DNA from: Podarcis melisellensis
Lineage: Eukaryota
Strand: one strand, 5' to 3'
DNA length: 64,000 nucleotides
Assembly: GCA_964234715.1 (NCBI GenBank)
Contig: OZ174282.1
How positions within the stretch are numbered: position 1 is the first letter of the stretch; every line of letters begins with the position of its first letter. Below the pieces are notes generated by a model. It made no database searches, was not told where the DNA came from, and saw nothing but the letters and a program-made list of their open reading frames with translations. The position numbers and the translations under genes were made by a program. Shown here one piece after another: positions 1 through 11,282 of this stretch.

Positions 1-928
1 AAATGAAGGTAGCAAACTGCTGTGGGGACTGAAGATAGCAGGTGTGGAGGAGTTGAAATTATGGTCCTGTTGAAATTGTTCCTCAGAGGCTGTGATTTGC
101 ATTGGGAGGAAATTCCCCACTGGTGCAAATGGTAGCTTCTGGAGAGTGATTATCAACAGGACTTTGACACAGACACCTCAAATATTTGGTTTCATCTAAT
201 GCTGTTTTCAAAGCTTTTGAGATTACTTTTTATCACTTTCTAGGGTGGGTAAAGTTGAGCAAGAAATACAAACTATTTTCATATTTAGGCACAGGTTATA
301 ACATTTTTGGAAGTCAACAGAAAGGGACATACCTAAAGGTGAGGATTGGTGTGTGTGTGTGTTTAATTTCTGTGTTTTACAGAAATTATCCCAGCTGCTT
401 CAGGCCAAAAACATCATTCTGCATTTGGTGGCCAAACACATCATTATGGGAGGACATAGCAGCCCATCTGGGCTCCTGTTGCCTACTCAAAGCACTAAAA
501 GGCTCTCACAACTGAGGCAGCCATGCACCAATCTTGACCCTGGAGTCATCCTCTTCAAGGAATGAAGCTAAGGAGCTGGAGTTTGAGAGGGAACTGCGCT
601 CAGGCCAGTCCCAGATGTATGTAACTAACAGGAACCACTTGTGCAAGAGGAGCCCATTGTGCCAGTACCTCTCTGTCCAAAGGACATCACATTTCCCTCC
701 TCTGACTCAGAGGGTTCCAGTTCAGGAGCCATGGTTGGGCCACTGTCTCCTTTGCTCCATCAGAGTCAAAGCAGGTTGAAACCCTTTAAATGAAGAGGTT
801 CCTCTCACCGCTGAGCTAGCAACTGAGATAGAGCTGTTGCTCATATTTAAGGGCCAGCTTCTGGGTTACGGGTGCTGAAACAACATTCGAGCTTTGCTCA
901 TGTGGAGTCTCCCGCCTGAGCCTCACAT

Positions 929-949
929 GGAGCTGTCCAGGGTACTGAT
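929..949 (-). promoter_or_regulatory. RE1/NRSE (REST-binding) motif
   Basis: GGAGCTGTCCAGGGTACTGAT versus the reverse RE1 consensus GGCGCTGTCCnnGGTGCTGAA; both half-sites present with canonical 2-bp spacing. An extra half-site GGTGCTGAA lies at 871-879. Confidence 0.6.
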
Positions 950-1171
950 GAGGTTTGCCTCACAGCTGAAACCATCACTTAAAACAGAACTGCAGCCATA
1001 TTTTCCCTTGGTGTTTCAGCCCTAGTGGTCTTCTTCCTTTGCAGGGTTGGGGAATACTGAAGCTCAAAACACATCTAATGGTTCCTACACATTTCCCTTT
1101 ATGCTTCATTTGGGTTCAAGAGAATGGAGCAATTCAGTAGCAACAAGTTGGATGCCAAGAATGACAAATGC

Positions 1172-1178
<7 letters not shown>

Positions 1179-1204
<26 letters not shown>
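1179..1204. repeat. (AG)n microsatellite
   Basis: Perfect AG run read directly. Confidence 0.98.
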
Positions 1205-1205
<1 letters not shown>

Positions 1206-1212
1206 TGGTAGG

Positions 1213-1402
1213 AGGGGAATGACATGAGACTGGTGGTAGAGCATCTGCTCTGCATGCCGAAGGTCCCAGGTTTAATCCCTGGCATTTCCAGCTACACCTG
1301 GGAAAGACTCCATGTCTGAAATCCCAGAGAGTCACTGCTACTAGTCAGTGAGCTAGATGGCTCAATGGTCCATCTTGGTATAAGGCAGCTTCCTATGTTC
1401 CT
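1213..1402 (+). mobile_element. tRNA-derived squamate SINE (Squam3-like)
   Basis: tRNA-like head GTGGTAGAGCATCTGCT...GAAGGTCCCAGGTTTAATCCC (B-box-like) and tail GGTATAAGGCAGCTTCCTATGTTCCT, matching my recollection of a common lizard SINE. Confidence 0.8.
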
Positions 1403-2000
1403 GTGGGACAAGTTTGTCTTTTACCATGAGTAAGGCTGAGTGGATAAGTCTGGCATTGTGCGCAGAGATGCAAAGGGGTTGACATTTGCCGTATTAATTA
1501 AATGTTTAGAATTTACAAGCAAAGGAGAGCCAAGCCTGGCGTTCTGTTTGAATAGTTACTTTATTAGTTTTGAGTTAAGCATGTGCAGGACTGAGTTCTG
1601 TATTTTAAAATAAGCTATGCAAGAGGTTGGGTGTCAGAATTAAAAGTTTAAAATTTGCCAGCATATGTTTTATTAAAGACTGACCCACTACTGACTTCAT
1701 CTTTAGGATCCTCTAACTTGCAGAGGATTCGGACCAAAACACCAAAGAAACTCCATGGGGACACAGAAGCTGCTGCAAGTGAAACACAAACATCTATACT
1801 ATAGAGTACAGCATCTTTACCGTTTACATGTCACACAAGTTAAGGTGAGAGCCTTACTTATTGGTGCACAAGTGAATTTGTAAGCTCCTTAACTCTTTTT
1901 TAAAAAACTGAAATGTATATATTTCAGTCCTAGAATGTCTTCATTGTTTTTAATGAAAGCAAATTTGCTAAATTACACGAGCCAGTTCAATGGGAAAAAT

Positions 2001-2062
2001 ACTATACTATACTATACTATACTATACTATACTATACTATACTATACTATACTATACTATAC
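2001..2062. repeat. (ACTAT)n pentanucleotide microsatellite
   Basis: About 12 perfect units; explains the YYTIL repeat in ORF 1935..2216. Confidence 0.98.
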
Positions 2063-2325
2063 ACACCAGCAGCAAAACCATCTATCTTACTCTCACATAG
2101 GCACACACAGCAGCACTTCTTTCTCTTTAACATACCACAGGCACACAGAGCACCCTTCCTCACAAACACATCCATGTTTCTCCCTCTTGCTCTCTGTCAC
2201 AAGTATGTGCTCCTAGTGTGCTCATCCTCTGCTTCCACTGGTGTTCACTAGTTGAAGGATAACAATATGCAGAGATCCATCTTCTTCCAGTCCCCTGGAC
2301 TAGATCACAAATTCTCTCTCTCACT

Positions 2326-2327
<2 letters not shown>

Positions 2328-2365
<38 letters not shown>
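2328..2365. repeat. (GA)n microsatellite
   Basis: Perfect run read directly. Confidence 0.98.
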
Positions 2366-2369
<4 letters not shown>

Positions 2370-5300
2370 AAAAGCCATAGTCTTGCTCTGCCACAACTTA
2401 CTTGCTGGGTGTGTCAGCTTTTAACTACCTTGTAAATGCCGCCCTATCCTGCCAATCCACCTGCATCCAGGTTTTTTTTCATTTCCAACTAATCTCTTGC
2501 TTTGCGTCTTTTCCTACCTGCTATTATTCCAAATCACCCACTGTACAACTGGAAAAACAAACCTGCTTGCGTGTCTTACATGCATAACTGTTAATTTACC
2601 TAATTAAATGTAATCTTGTTAAACTGTGTGTATCTTTGGAGCAGGAAATCAACTGACAACCAGGGTCAAAATTGAAAGCAACAGTGTGAGTCAAGTCCCT
2701 GAATCTCCCATGATGGGAAATTAAGTGCAGCTTTCAAACAGCCTCCTGATTAGCTATTTATCTTAAGCCATTTTAGGTAGAAACTGATACTGTAACAAGA
2801 GGTAAATTATTTTACAAGAAGTTTTTCCCCTTTCTTTCTAAAGAAGTGCAGTGCCTCATTCAAACCGTTTGTTTCTCTGCTTGTTTAGGATAAGTGAAAG
2901 ATGCTGACAAGCCCAGTTAAGCTACAGCCACGTTCTTTGGACTGAGCAAGTCACAGACCGGGGTTCTTTGCTTCTGCGTTGTCTTGGTCAGACAGAGAGC
3001 TTCTTACAAGCATCATCTAAATACCCCTGTTGTTGTGATATACATTGAAAAGTCAGCATGAAACATTCCATGCCAATAAAAATCAACAGAGAGAAAAAGA
3101 GAAGAAGTCCTTGGCCTGAGAGCTTAAATAAATTACCATCTTTGTAATTCTGTAATAAATCCCTCAGTTGGGCTATAATGATTTAGTGTTTGCTGATTTG
3201 GCACAAAGATAAATGTCTGGTGTTGCTTAATGGATAAAGTGTTGCCTTTTCACCTTCCTGACCCTGTTTCAGCCTCTGCTCCAAGGACTCCCCTCAGCTC
3301 TTGATGGACAGCAGCAGCAGCAGAGGAGCTGGAGAAATGGCCTCTGAGAGGCACCCGCTCCAGAGTCAGGAAAGGGGCAGAGGGTGGGTGAGTGTGTGGA
3401 CATTAATGGAATGGAGGCCCATCTTTCACACCTTGTAGAAGGAAGTCCAGACTTCTTGCCAGCATTGTGCCTGTCAGGGCTTTGAGCTTCAAAGGCAGAA
3501 AGTTAAGCACTCCACAGGCAGCTGCTGCAAAGCAGCTTCTTCCCTCCCAAAAGGACACCCACAGAGTTAGGGAAAGATATCAAGTTCCTCCTAGGTGCCA
3601 GCTTCAGGTTTTTAATGGAGACGGGCACCAGCACCAGAATGGGGCTGAAATAAATCTTTCCACTTCCCTGACATTCTGCTCTGATTTCTAGGCACCAGGT
3701 TATCTGTTGCCTGAATTTTCCCCAAACTGGGAGGCACCTGTTCAGAAAAGGCAGCCCAATTCTTTCCCGGGGGGGGGGGTGTCCCCACATGTCACTTGGG
3801 ATACAAACTGTCTATTTTTTAGCATCAGGAGGAGATTGCACAAGGAAGGAAAACCCAGACGGGTTCCGGGAATAAAAGTTTCTCTTGCTTTATTCAATTA
3901 GGCAGGAATGGGAGGAATATTTTTCAGGGGACACACATTCTCTTTTGCGCAATATGCTGAGGGCGCATTTTGGCTGCTGTGAGATGTGCTGCTTATATCT
4001 CTTTACTGTTTTTCATCTACGTTGCTCTAATCTCCTTAAAGAGGAAAAAGTGGGGTATAAATTATTTTAAAACAAATACAAAAATAAAACAATGCAACCA
4101 GATGTTGACTCTGTGGGAGATGGTTGTCAGTGATTAATGAATCACTAGGGATGCTGCTAATCATTGCATGCTCATTTCTCATTAGAAACTCTTCCTATAA
4201 GGTGTGAAGATTCTCTAATCCTTGAATTCTTTGGACAAAGGGACACATTCTCCTTTGATGAGAGGAAATGAATGTGGTTGTTTCCCATGATACAGGTTAA
4301 GAGAATGCTCAGTTTGCAATCAGATGAAATCTCTTAGTTAAAGCTGGTCATCTGGATTACAGAAATGCCTTTTGGGGATTGCTTTCTAGGTGCAAAGAGC
4401 AACACATCTTTAAGTCAAAGCCCTTTGTGCAGGCTGCTCTATGGTGCACCTCCAGATAAGGAGACAGCATCCCCGCCAGGCCTCCCTAGACTGCCCCACA
4501 GGGGGCTCCTCTGGCCCATTTGCTCCAGTGGCCTTCCCTTTCCAGCCGTTAGTTAGCATTAACGGGAGAGGACAGCAAACCCCCAAAGGCTGTGTCAAAA
4601 ACGGGGAAGAGAGTCATTCAATAGAGCACAGAAAAGACCTAAATTGGAGGTCAGGAAAGCCGGTCAAAAGCCGGGTAGGAAGGAGGGTAGGTTTGCTTTG
4701 TCCTGCCGCCATTGGGAGCAATGCAGCCAGAGATCTCTCCAGCCCTGGGGGAATGGGGGCTATTGTCTTCAGCTGCCCATAGATGTAAGCTCCATATGCC
4801 CAGAGCCCTCCCCCTTTCCTGACCCCAACAAGGTCAGAGGCACAGACATTGGTCTTGAACTCTCCGTCTGTTTCCCCACTTTCTTTCTGCCATATTAATT
4901 ACGGCTCCTCTCTATCAAATGCATCCTCCCCCCTGGCATTCACGTGCATTAAGAAGGGCAAGCTGCTTGTTCTGGCTGCCTGATCCCTCTTCCCCCACAG
5001 AAAGGCAGGCTGAGTGGAGGACAGCCTAGAGATGCTTTTCTCCATGGGCTAAAAACAACACTTGCTCTGATCTCCAAAGTGCTGCAGGGATCAGCAGGCA
5101 AGGGAGGTGGAGAAGGCAGGGTGATGCCACACTGAGGGGCGTAGATGCACAGATTATTGTGGAAAATCCAGCAGAGATTCTCACTGGCTGGGAGATCTCT
5201 TGTTGCCAGTGTTTCCTGGAGCTGCTCCTTCTCCAAACACTGCAGAGCATTTCACGTTGGATCACTGCAAGTTTTGATGAGGGTTGAGGAAGGCCCCCCC

Positions 5301-6384
5301 CCTTGATGTGAGCCATTGACACGCACACCCCACTTCCTACCTGCAACACCCAGCCCCAGTGGCACTAAAGGATTACAGAATCAGAGCTAAAGAAACAGGT
5401 TAGTCCCCCTCCTCCAGAAAGCTTGCCAACCACAGAAACCAGGCAACCATGATGCCTCTTTCTGCTTCTTACATGTATTCCAAACTGTGGAAAAGAACGG
5501 GCAGCTGCTCTCCAGTGCCAGCCCTTCTGCCTTCCAAGGGTGAAGGAGCACAATGCACTGGCCCAACTGGGTGAGGCCTCCAGTGACCTCTTCAATGCAC
5601 CAGAAGGTTCTCATTGACCTGCATGGGGATGGCACATGAACATGGAAAGAGTGCCCAAAGAAGCAAGAGTGCACGGTGGGTAAGTCATAGCCAAAGAACT
5701 GGGTCCCAACAGTATTTGTGTGAGAGTGTGTGTGTGTGTAAATGCTGCTGAGTTCCTGGAACAAACTCTTTCTTTGGAGAAGCACCTTCCCTCCTTATTC
5801 CCCAAGCTTTATAAAAATAGAAAGAACACATGTTCCCATTAGTCATTTGCTTGAGGGGAGCTTTGGGGTATGTGCTGACAGTCTGTACATGGAGGCCTAA
5901 TTTGAATACTATTTGCATATTGCAGGTAGACAAAGTGCCACTGTCTTAACAACACTCACAGACAGGCAGGCAGGCAGGAGGTGGAGCTGAACAAAGCAGT
6001 GTGAGGAAGACCCCCCCATGACCCCCCCTGGCAAGCAACCAAGTCAAATCCCAAGCAGCAGCTCCCTCCACCCACTCACCAGCACCACCCCCGGCAAGCA
6101 ATGCCCAACGTGGCCGCCGTATTCAGAGATGCTTTTAATTAAATGCTTGCTTGCCAAGAGTGGTTTGTAGATGCCTAACAGAGGACACGGCTTCCCTCCA
6201 GGGAACGTTACAGGCAGACACGGTCCCCCTCCCTTGATAACACCATTTGCAAGTCCTGAATGAGGAAGAGGAGGGGGCGAAATTTTCTGGAGGATACAAG
6301 CCAGTTGGTACTGCCTGACGCTTCTACCCCAGGCCAGAGATTTGAAAGTGTCCTGAAAGCCCCCTTCCAGAAGCCCCCTGCCCC

Positions 6385-6735
6385 TGGCATCCTTTGATCT
6401 CATCCAGCTGAATAGCCTCTGCCTTGGACATAACCTTGGGGAGTTCAAAGGTTACGTTTGAAGGATGCAATCAGTGTCCGTGCGAGACAGAACAAGAATG
6501 CGAGTGGGAGGGCTCCTACAGGTGCCTCCATTATCGATGGACCACTTTGCATTACAGGATGTGAAATGCTGTTCATGTCCCCAGTGCCTTTGATCTGACC
6601 TGACCTCTGCAACCCCGTCAGGCCCAGCGGTCAGTAGTTATCAGCTGTCAATAGGCAGCGGAAAACGTTCCTCATTCCGACCTGATCAGCTGTTATTACT
6701 ACAACTCCTATAGATCAACTAATCAGCTGCAAACC
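6385..6735. promoter_or_regulatory. Candidate enhancer (E-box / TCF / TALE motif cluster)
   Basis: CAGCTG at 6405, 6642, 6687 and 6724; CCTTTGATC at 6391 and 6587; TGTCAA at 6646; tandem TGACC(T) half-sites at 6596-6606. Confidence 0.45.
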
Positions 6736-7305
6736 ATCAGCCTCAGATTTTGTGACTTAGCCTCAAGAGAGTGTCAGATGCTGATTCACCTCTAGTTCCA
6801 AAATATGCCAGAAAACAGAGAGGCGGCTTGCAGCCTCACCCCAAGGATGTAGGCCACTTATACACCAGCAATAAAAAAGAGAGGGTGATAGATAATTTGC
6901 ACATGATGATTTTTATATATAGATGCAAATTCATAAATAATTGCTAGACGTCAAAAGAAATACATACATGTTACCACCGTGGGGAAGAAGGCTGTGGTCA
7001 GGGGCCCTGTGTGACTGCTCAGCCTATTGTCCAGGAGCTGCTCACTACTGCTGGCTGGAAACTTCCAGCCTTCACCCCTGCTCTCCTTTCTTGTGACTCT
7101 TTATCTTTAAACCAGGCTTGGACTGGGCATGCCATCAAAAAGAGAACTATCCTCTGCAAAGTAGGAGAGCTGCTCCCCCCACCGTCACTAGGCTTGCTTG
7201 GAAGTCAGCTCCAAAATTCCAGTGGAATTCACTTCCAGGGATGCAATCATGCGTAGTGACACCAGAAGGAGGGAGATAGATACTGAACTTCAGCTTCCTC
7301 TAAAC

Positions 7306-7441
7306 CAGGGTTTCCCAAACTTGGCCCTCCAGCTGTTTTTGGACTACAATTCCCATCCTTCCTGACCACTGGTCCTGCTAGCTAGGGATGAAAGGAGTTG
7401 TAATCCCCAAACAGCTGGAGACCCCAGTTTGGGAAACCCTG
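7306..7441. mobile_element. Non-autonomous hAT (Charlie/MER5-like) palindromic MITE
   Basis: 16-bp perfect TIR CAGGGTTTCCCAAACT / AGTTTGGGAAACCCTG; perfect 8-bp TSD CTCTAAAC at 7298-7305 and 7442-7449; near-palindromic body. Confidence 0.95.
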
Positions 7442-8264
7442 CTCTAAACCTTCCTATTAACTAGCTTGCCTTAGCAAAAAGCACAGTACCTTGGGGTCAG
7501 AAATGGTTTTACTGAGACAAATAGCAGGCTTCATGGCACTTCTGTGCCAGTCCAATGATGATGCTCTGGAAACACTTTTGGTTTCGATGGTGGCAGAGTT
7601 GGCAACAAGTGGTGTAAGAGCTTTGGAGTGGAAGGACACAAAGTTCAGAGAGGAAGGAGGGTGTTGCTTTTGACACTTCCTAGTGGGATTTGGGGTTAGG
7701 CCTGGAGCAACAAGTGCCGTGGAAGGTGAAGGCCAGGAAGACCTTCCAGCATAGCCAGAGAGAAAAAGAGTCTTGGAAGAGGGTTTGGGATGCTGAGAGG
7801 CTCCAGACAGAAAGACAGAATGCAGATGGCTGCATTCAGAAAAGAATTAATGAGTAGGTGTCTTCTACGACTGTGATAATTACCAATTTTCTGTATTTAT
7901 GAAAATGTCATAAATATTGAAGTGTGGCACTATTATCTCTATAGATACTGATTTAGCATGAATATGGAAATTTGTTAATTATCGCTAAAGCTGTTCATTA
8001 AATTCTGAAAGTTTTTTTTAATTAAAAAAAAACAGCAAATAAGTATGTCATTTACTCATTGCTTCATTGCTTCAAACCAGACATTTCCATATTGACCTGC
8101 TTTGTTTGTTTGTTCCTTTCATGATGCAGGTAGAAGAGATTCACTCCAAAGAAAAGGTTCTCTCTTGCTGCACAAGCAGAATTATGCAGTTGCCCTGATC
8201 CAGCAAAGGAAACCCATGCACAGAAATAGGATTCAGCGCTGTGCGTTCAGAAGGAGAAGGACAG

Positions 8265-8460
8265 CTGAAAGGCCCAGCTGGATCAGACCAAGCCAGGCAG
8301 ATCCTCCTGCTCTAGTTTTCTGCTTTCCACAGTGACTGCACAGATACCTCTGAGATCCTCAAGCATGACACATGAGCACAATTAAAGGCCCCTTCCACTG
8401 TCACTCCCACTTCCCACCAGCAACTGGTATTCAGTGGCATATTGTCTTTAAATCTGAAGG
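8265..8460 (-). mobile_element. Degraded CR1-type LINE 3' end
   Basis: CTGGATCAGACCAA...CCAGCAACTGGTATTCAG resembles the antisense 3' UTR of a common squamate LINE; related pieces at about 24880, 30510 and 53893. Confidence 0.55.
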
Positions 8461-8659
8461 CTGCATCTGCTAATCTGGTTTCTGGGTTGCAGCTACCAGA
8501 AGAAGAGTTCAGGTTGCAATCCTAAACATATTTTTTTCATGTTCACACCACCCACAAGTCCCAACTCAAGCCAGGCTTTTTCATATACCCCTTCCCTGCC
8601 ATTGCTGCACTCCAGATAGAAATGCAACAATATCCCCTAACAAGTTCATTACGAAAAAA

Positions 8660-8915
8660 GGATAAATAATCAAGACAAACAAAATCACAGAACAGACAAT
8701 TTCAATAATCAATACAAAAACACTCAGTTCCTAACAATTCATTATACTAGAATAAGTAACAATGCTGTAATGACAGCATTAAGCGGCAAGTCACAATTCA
8801 TTCATACGAACAAGCAAAAATCACCAGCAAAGCTTGGCAAAAATTAATACAAATAAATGAAAATGCCAGTGTAATCGGTGCAATTAAGATGTTAAATGCA
8901 CAATCTTATTGAAGG
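8660..8915. promoter_or_regulatory. Candidate SOX-rich enhancer
   Basis: Five same-strand ACAAT cores in about 210 bp plus the inverted repeat AATGCTGT-N4-ACAGCATT at 8761-8780. Confidence 0.35.
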
Positions 8916-9995
8916 CAGAGGGACTTCTGAGTAAACATGCTGAGGACTGAGCTGTCAAATTAGGAAACAGAGGGAGAAATGCACTACTGGCTGTGAATGC
9001 CTGCTTGGCAAAGCAGATACTCTGCTCAGAGGGGAAATTTGCTACATTCTTTGCTCTCTTGGGCCAAATTTCTAGGCCTGATAGAAAGGAAAGTGCAAAG
9101 AGGGCTCAGCAGCGGCCAGAGAAGGTCTGTGAGAGGGCAAATCTGTATCTAGTCACCAGCCACGCAAACTCAAATCATCACTTGTGCAGAGCACAGATAA
9201 CATATAATTTGGGAAGCCGGGAGAAGCCTTGAGGAATCTCCTATTGGAGCAGATGGGCCTATGGACAAAAGCGAGCTGCACTCTAAAAGCTGAACTTATC
9301 CTACAGCTGCCCTCCCTCCTGCCAGTGCAAATCTGGCAGGAACTCAGGAAGCAGCTGAACCACTTCTTGGTGTTCAGCCTCACTGCAACATTCCCAAGCG
9401 GAACATGGGCGCATCGCATTGCTCTGATCTGCACATCAAACCACGCAGAAAGTAACATGCAATTATACAATTAGGCTGATAACACAAGCCTCCAGTTAGT
9501 GTTTATTCCTCTTGCCAATCATGCTGCTGGCTGGGAAACAGGCCTCTTGGAATTTGCAGCTTGACAGCATTTTTCTCTTCCATTTGCGGAGCCTTTGCAA
9601 CCCTACCTCCTGGTGGAGGTTTCCATTTCCTTGGGGCCCTTAAGGGTTTCCCATTACGAAGTCAACTGGAAATGGGATGGACTTAGTCCCATCTCCTGTG
9701 TGAACAAGGATGAACAGGGCTTTAATTGGTCCTTTCCTCCCTCCCTAGGAACAGGAAGCCCACCCTCAACGTGCGCATAGGCCTTATGTTGTGCAAGAAG
9801 GAGCTAATAGAGCTAATATTCTCCCATCTCATAGCATATTCAGGACAGTTATCTGCAAGAGCATATATGTTGTTTGCTCTGCAGGCACAGGCACCCACAA
9901 GTATCCCTATGGGGACCTACTGTAGATTGAACCGGTCAGGGGTAATGTGCTCTTTCGTCACAGGATTGAGAAACAGCACGGCCCCAGCCCACCGC

Positions 9996-10509
9996 CAGGG
10001 GCGGAGGAGGGGGGCAGTCCGCCCTGGGTGTCATCACTGAGGGGGGTGACATTTGGCGCTCCGCCCGCTCGTGACTCCCAAACGTACCCCGAGCCATCGG
10101 GGGAAGGGGCAGAGCTGCACTGCCTTGCCAGTGGCCTTCCCCCCTTCCCCCTTTGTTTTGACAGCTCGAGGGAGGCTTGGGAGTCGCACCGTTGACCCAA
10201 GCTCCCGGGCTGCTTCCTGCGGGAGGGAAGCCTCCCCTGAGCTGTCAAAAGGAAGAGGGAAGGGAGGAAGGCTGCTGGCAAAGCGGTGCAGCTCTCTCTC
10301 TCTCCCCCCCCACCACCACCCAGGAAGCAGCCCACCATGGGGGTGGCTCGCTCCACCCCCCATGGGCAGCTCGTTCCACCCCCATGGGCATTTTGCTCCC
10401 AGGATGCTCGTTCTGTCCCCTGGGATGCTTGCCCCGCCCCCATGGCCCCGCCCCTGGGTGCACAGCATGTGTGACGCTCCGGGTGCTAGAGTAGCTAGCT
10501 CCGCCTCTG
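9996..10509. mobile_element. GC-rich non-autonomous hAT-type element
   Basis: TIRs CAGGGGCGGAG / CTCCGCCTCTG (10/11 match); 8-bp TSD CCCACCGC (9988-9995) / CCGACCGC (10510-10517); long internal inverted repeat. Confidence 0.85.
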
Positions 10510-10775
10510 CCGACCGCTATCCATCCGACCTGCCCACAAAGACCTGCCTGTCCGACTCCGTTTCTTCTTTCTTAATGGGACTGGCTTCCCCACTCTTTCC
10601 TCTCAGTCATTTCAACCTCCCACCTTAACTCACTGGGCTCTGGGACTGCTGGCTCTTCCTTAATACATTTGTAGATTAGCTGCTCCTTCCATTAGCAAAT
10701 TAGAAATCCTCCACCCCACTAGTTAGGGAGAGGTTTCCTCTTCCTTTCATGCGTGTCTAGATCCCAGCCTTGCCT

Positions 10776-10985
10776 GCAACAACAGCAGCAAGGATACTAC
10801 TCGCTAAGAACTGGAAAACTCAAGATCTACCCACACTGGAAGAATGGCAGATGCAAGTGATGGACTATATGCAACTGGCGGAGATGACTGGCAGAATCCG
10901 AGACCTGGGAGAAGAAAGGATAGAAGAAGATTGGAAGAAATTCAAGATTTATCTACAGAAGCATTGTGATTTAGTGGAATGTTAA
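10776..10985 (+). pseudogene. L1 ORF2 C-terminal coding fragment
   Basis: ATTAARILLAKNWKTQDLPTLEEW...EEDWKKFKIYL resembles the C-terminus of non-mammalian L1 ORF2p. The ORF's start codon falls inside the TSD, so it is not a real gene. Confidence 0.85.
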
Positions 10986-11282
10986 GAAGGATGCTTGGTT
11001 ATAAATAATTGGCCATCACTAAATTGGATCAGGACTTGATGATAAGAGAGATTAAGAGAAACAAAATTTGTAGGAGAATTATTTCAGTGTATTTAAATAT
11101 TTGGTTATAAAATTGAAAATAAGATGATAATTTGCTTGACAAAAACTTATTAATGATGTAAGTGGGAGCGGGGGATGTGAGGAAGTCTAAAGATGTTATG
11201 AAATTATGTAAAAACAAAGCAACGCTGTTTGTTATTTTTGTATTTCTTTTATTAAAAACTTCAATAAATATTTAAAAAAAAA
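10776..11282 (+). mobile_element. 5'-truncated L1-clade LINE insertion
   Basis: Perfect 18-bp TSD TAGATCCCAGCCTTGCCT (10758-10775, 11283-11300), ORF2 C-terminal remnant, AT-rich 3' UTR, AATAAA at 11263 and A9 tail at 11274-11282. Confidence 0.93.

Noticed and set aside
1230-1290. tRNA-like sequence
   Set aside because: Degenerate, lacks a full cloverleaf and continues into a SINE body and tail.
9947-10628. Several overlapping long ORFs, up to 191 aa
   Set aside because: They lie in a GC-rich MITE that is poor in stop codons; the translations are low-complexity with no domain.
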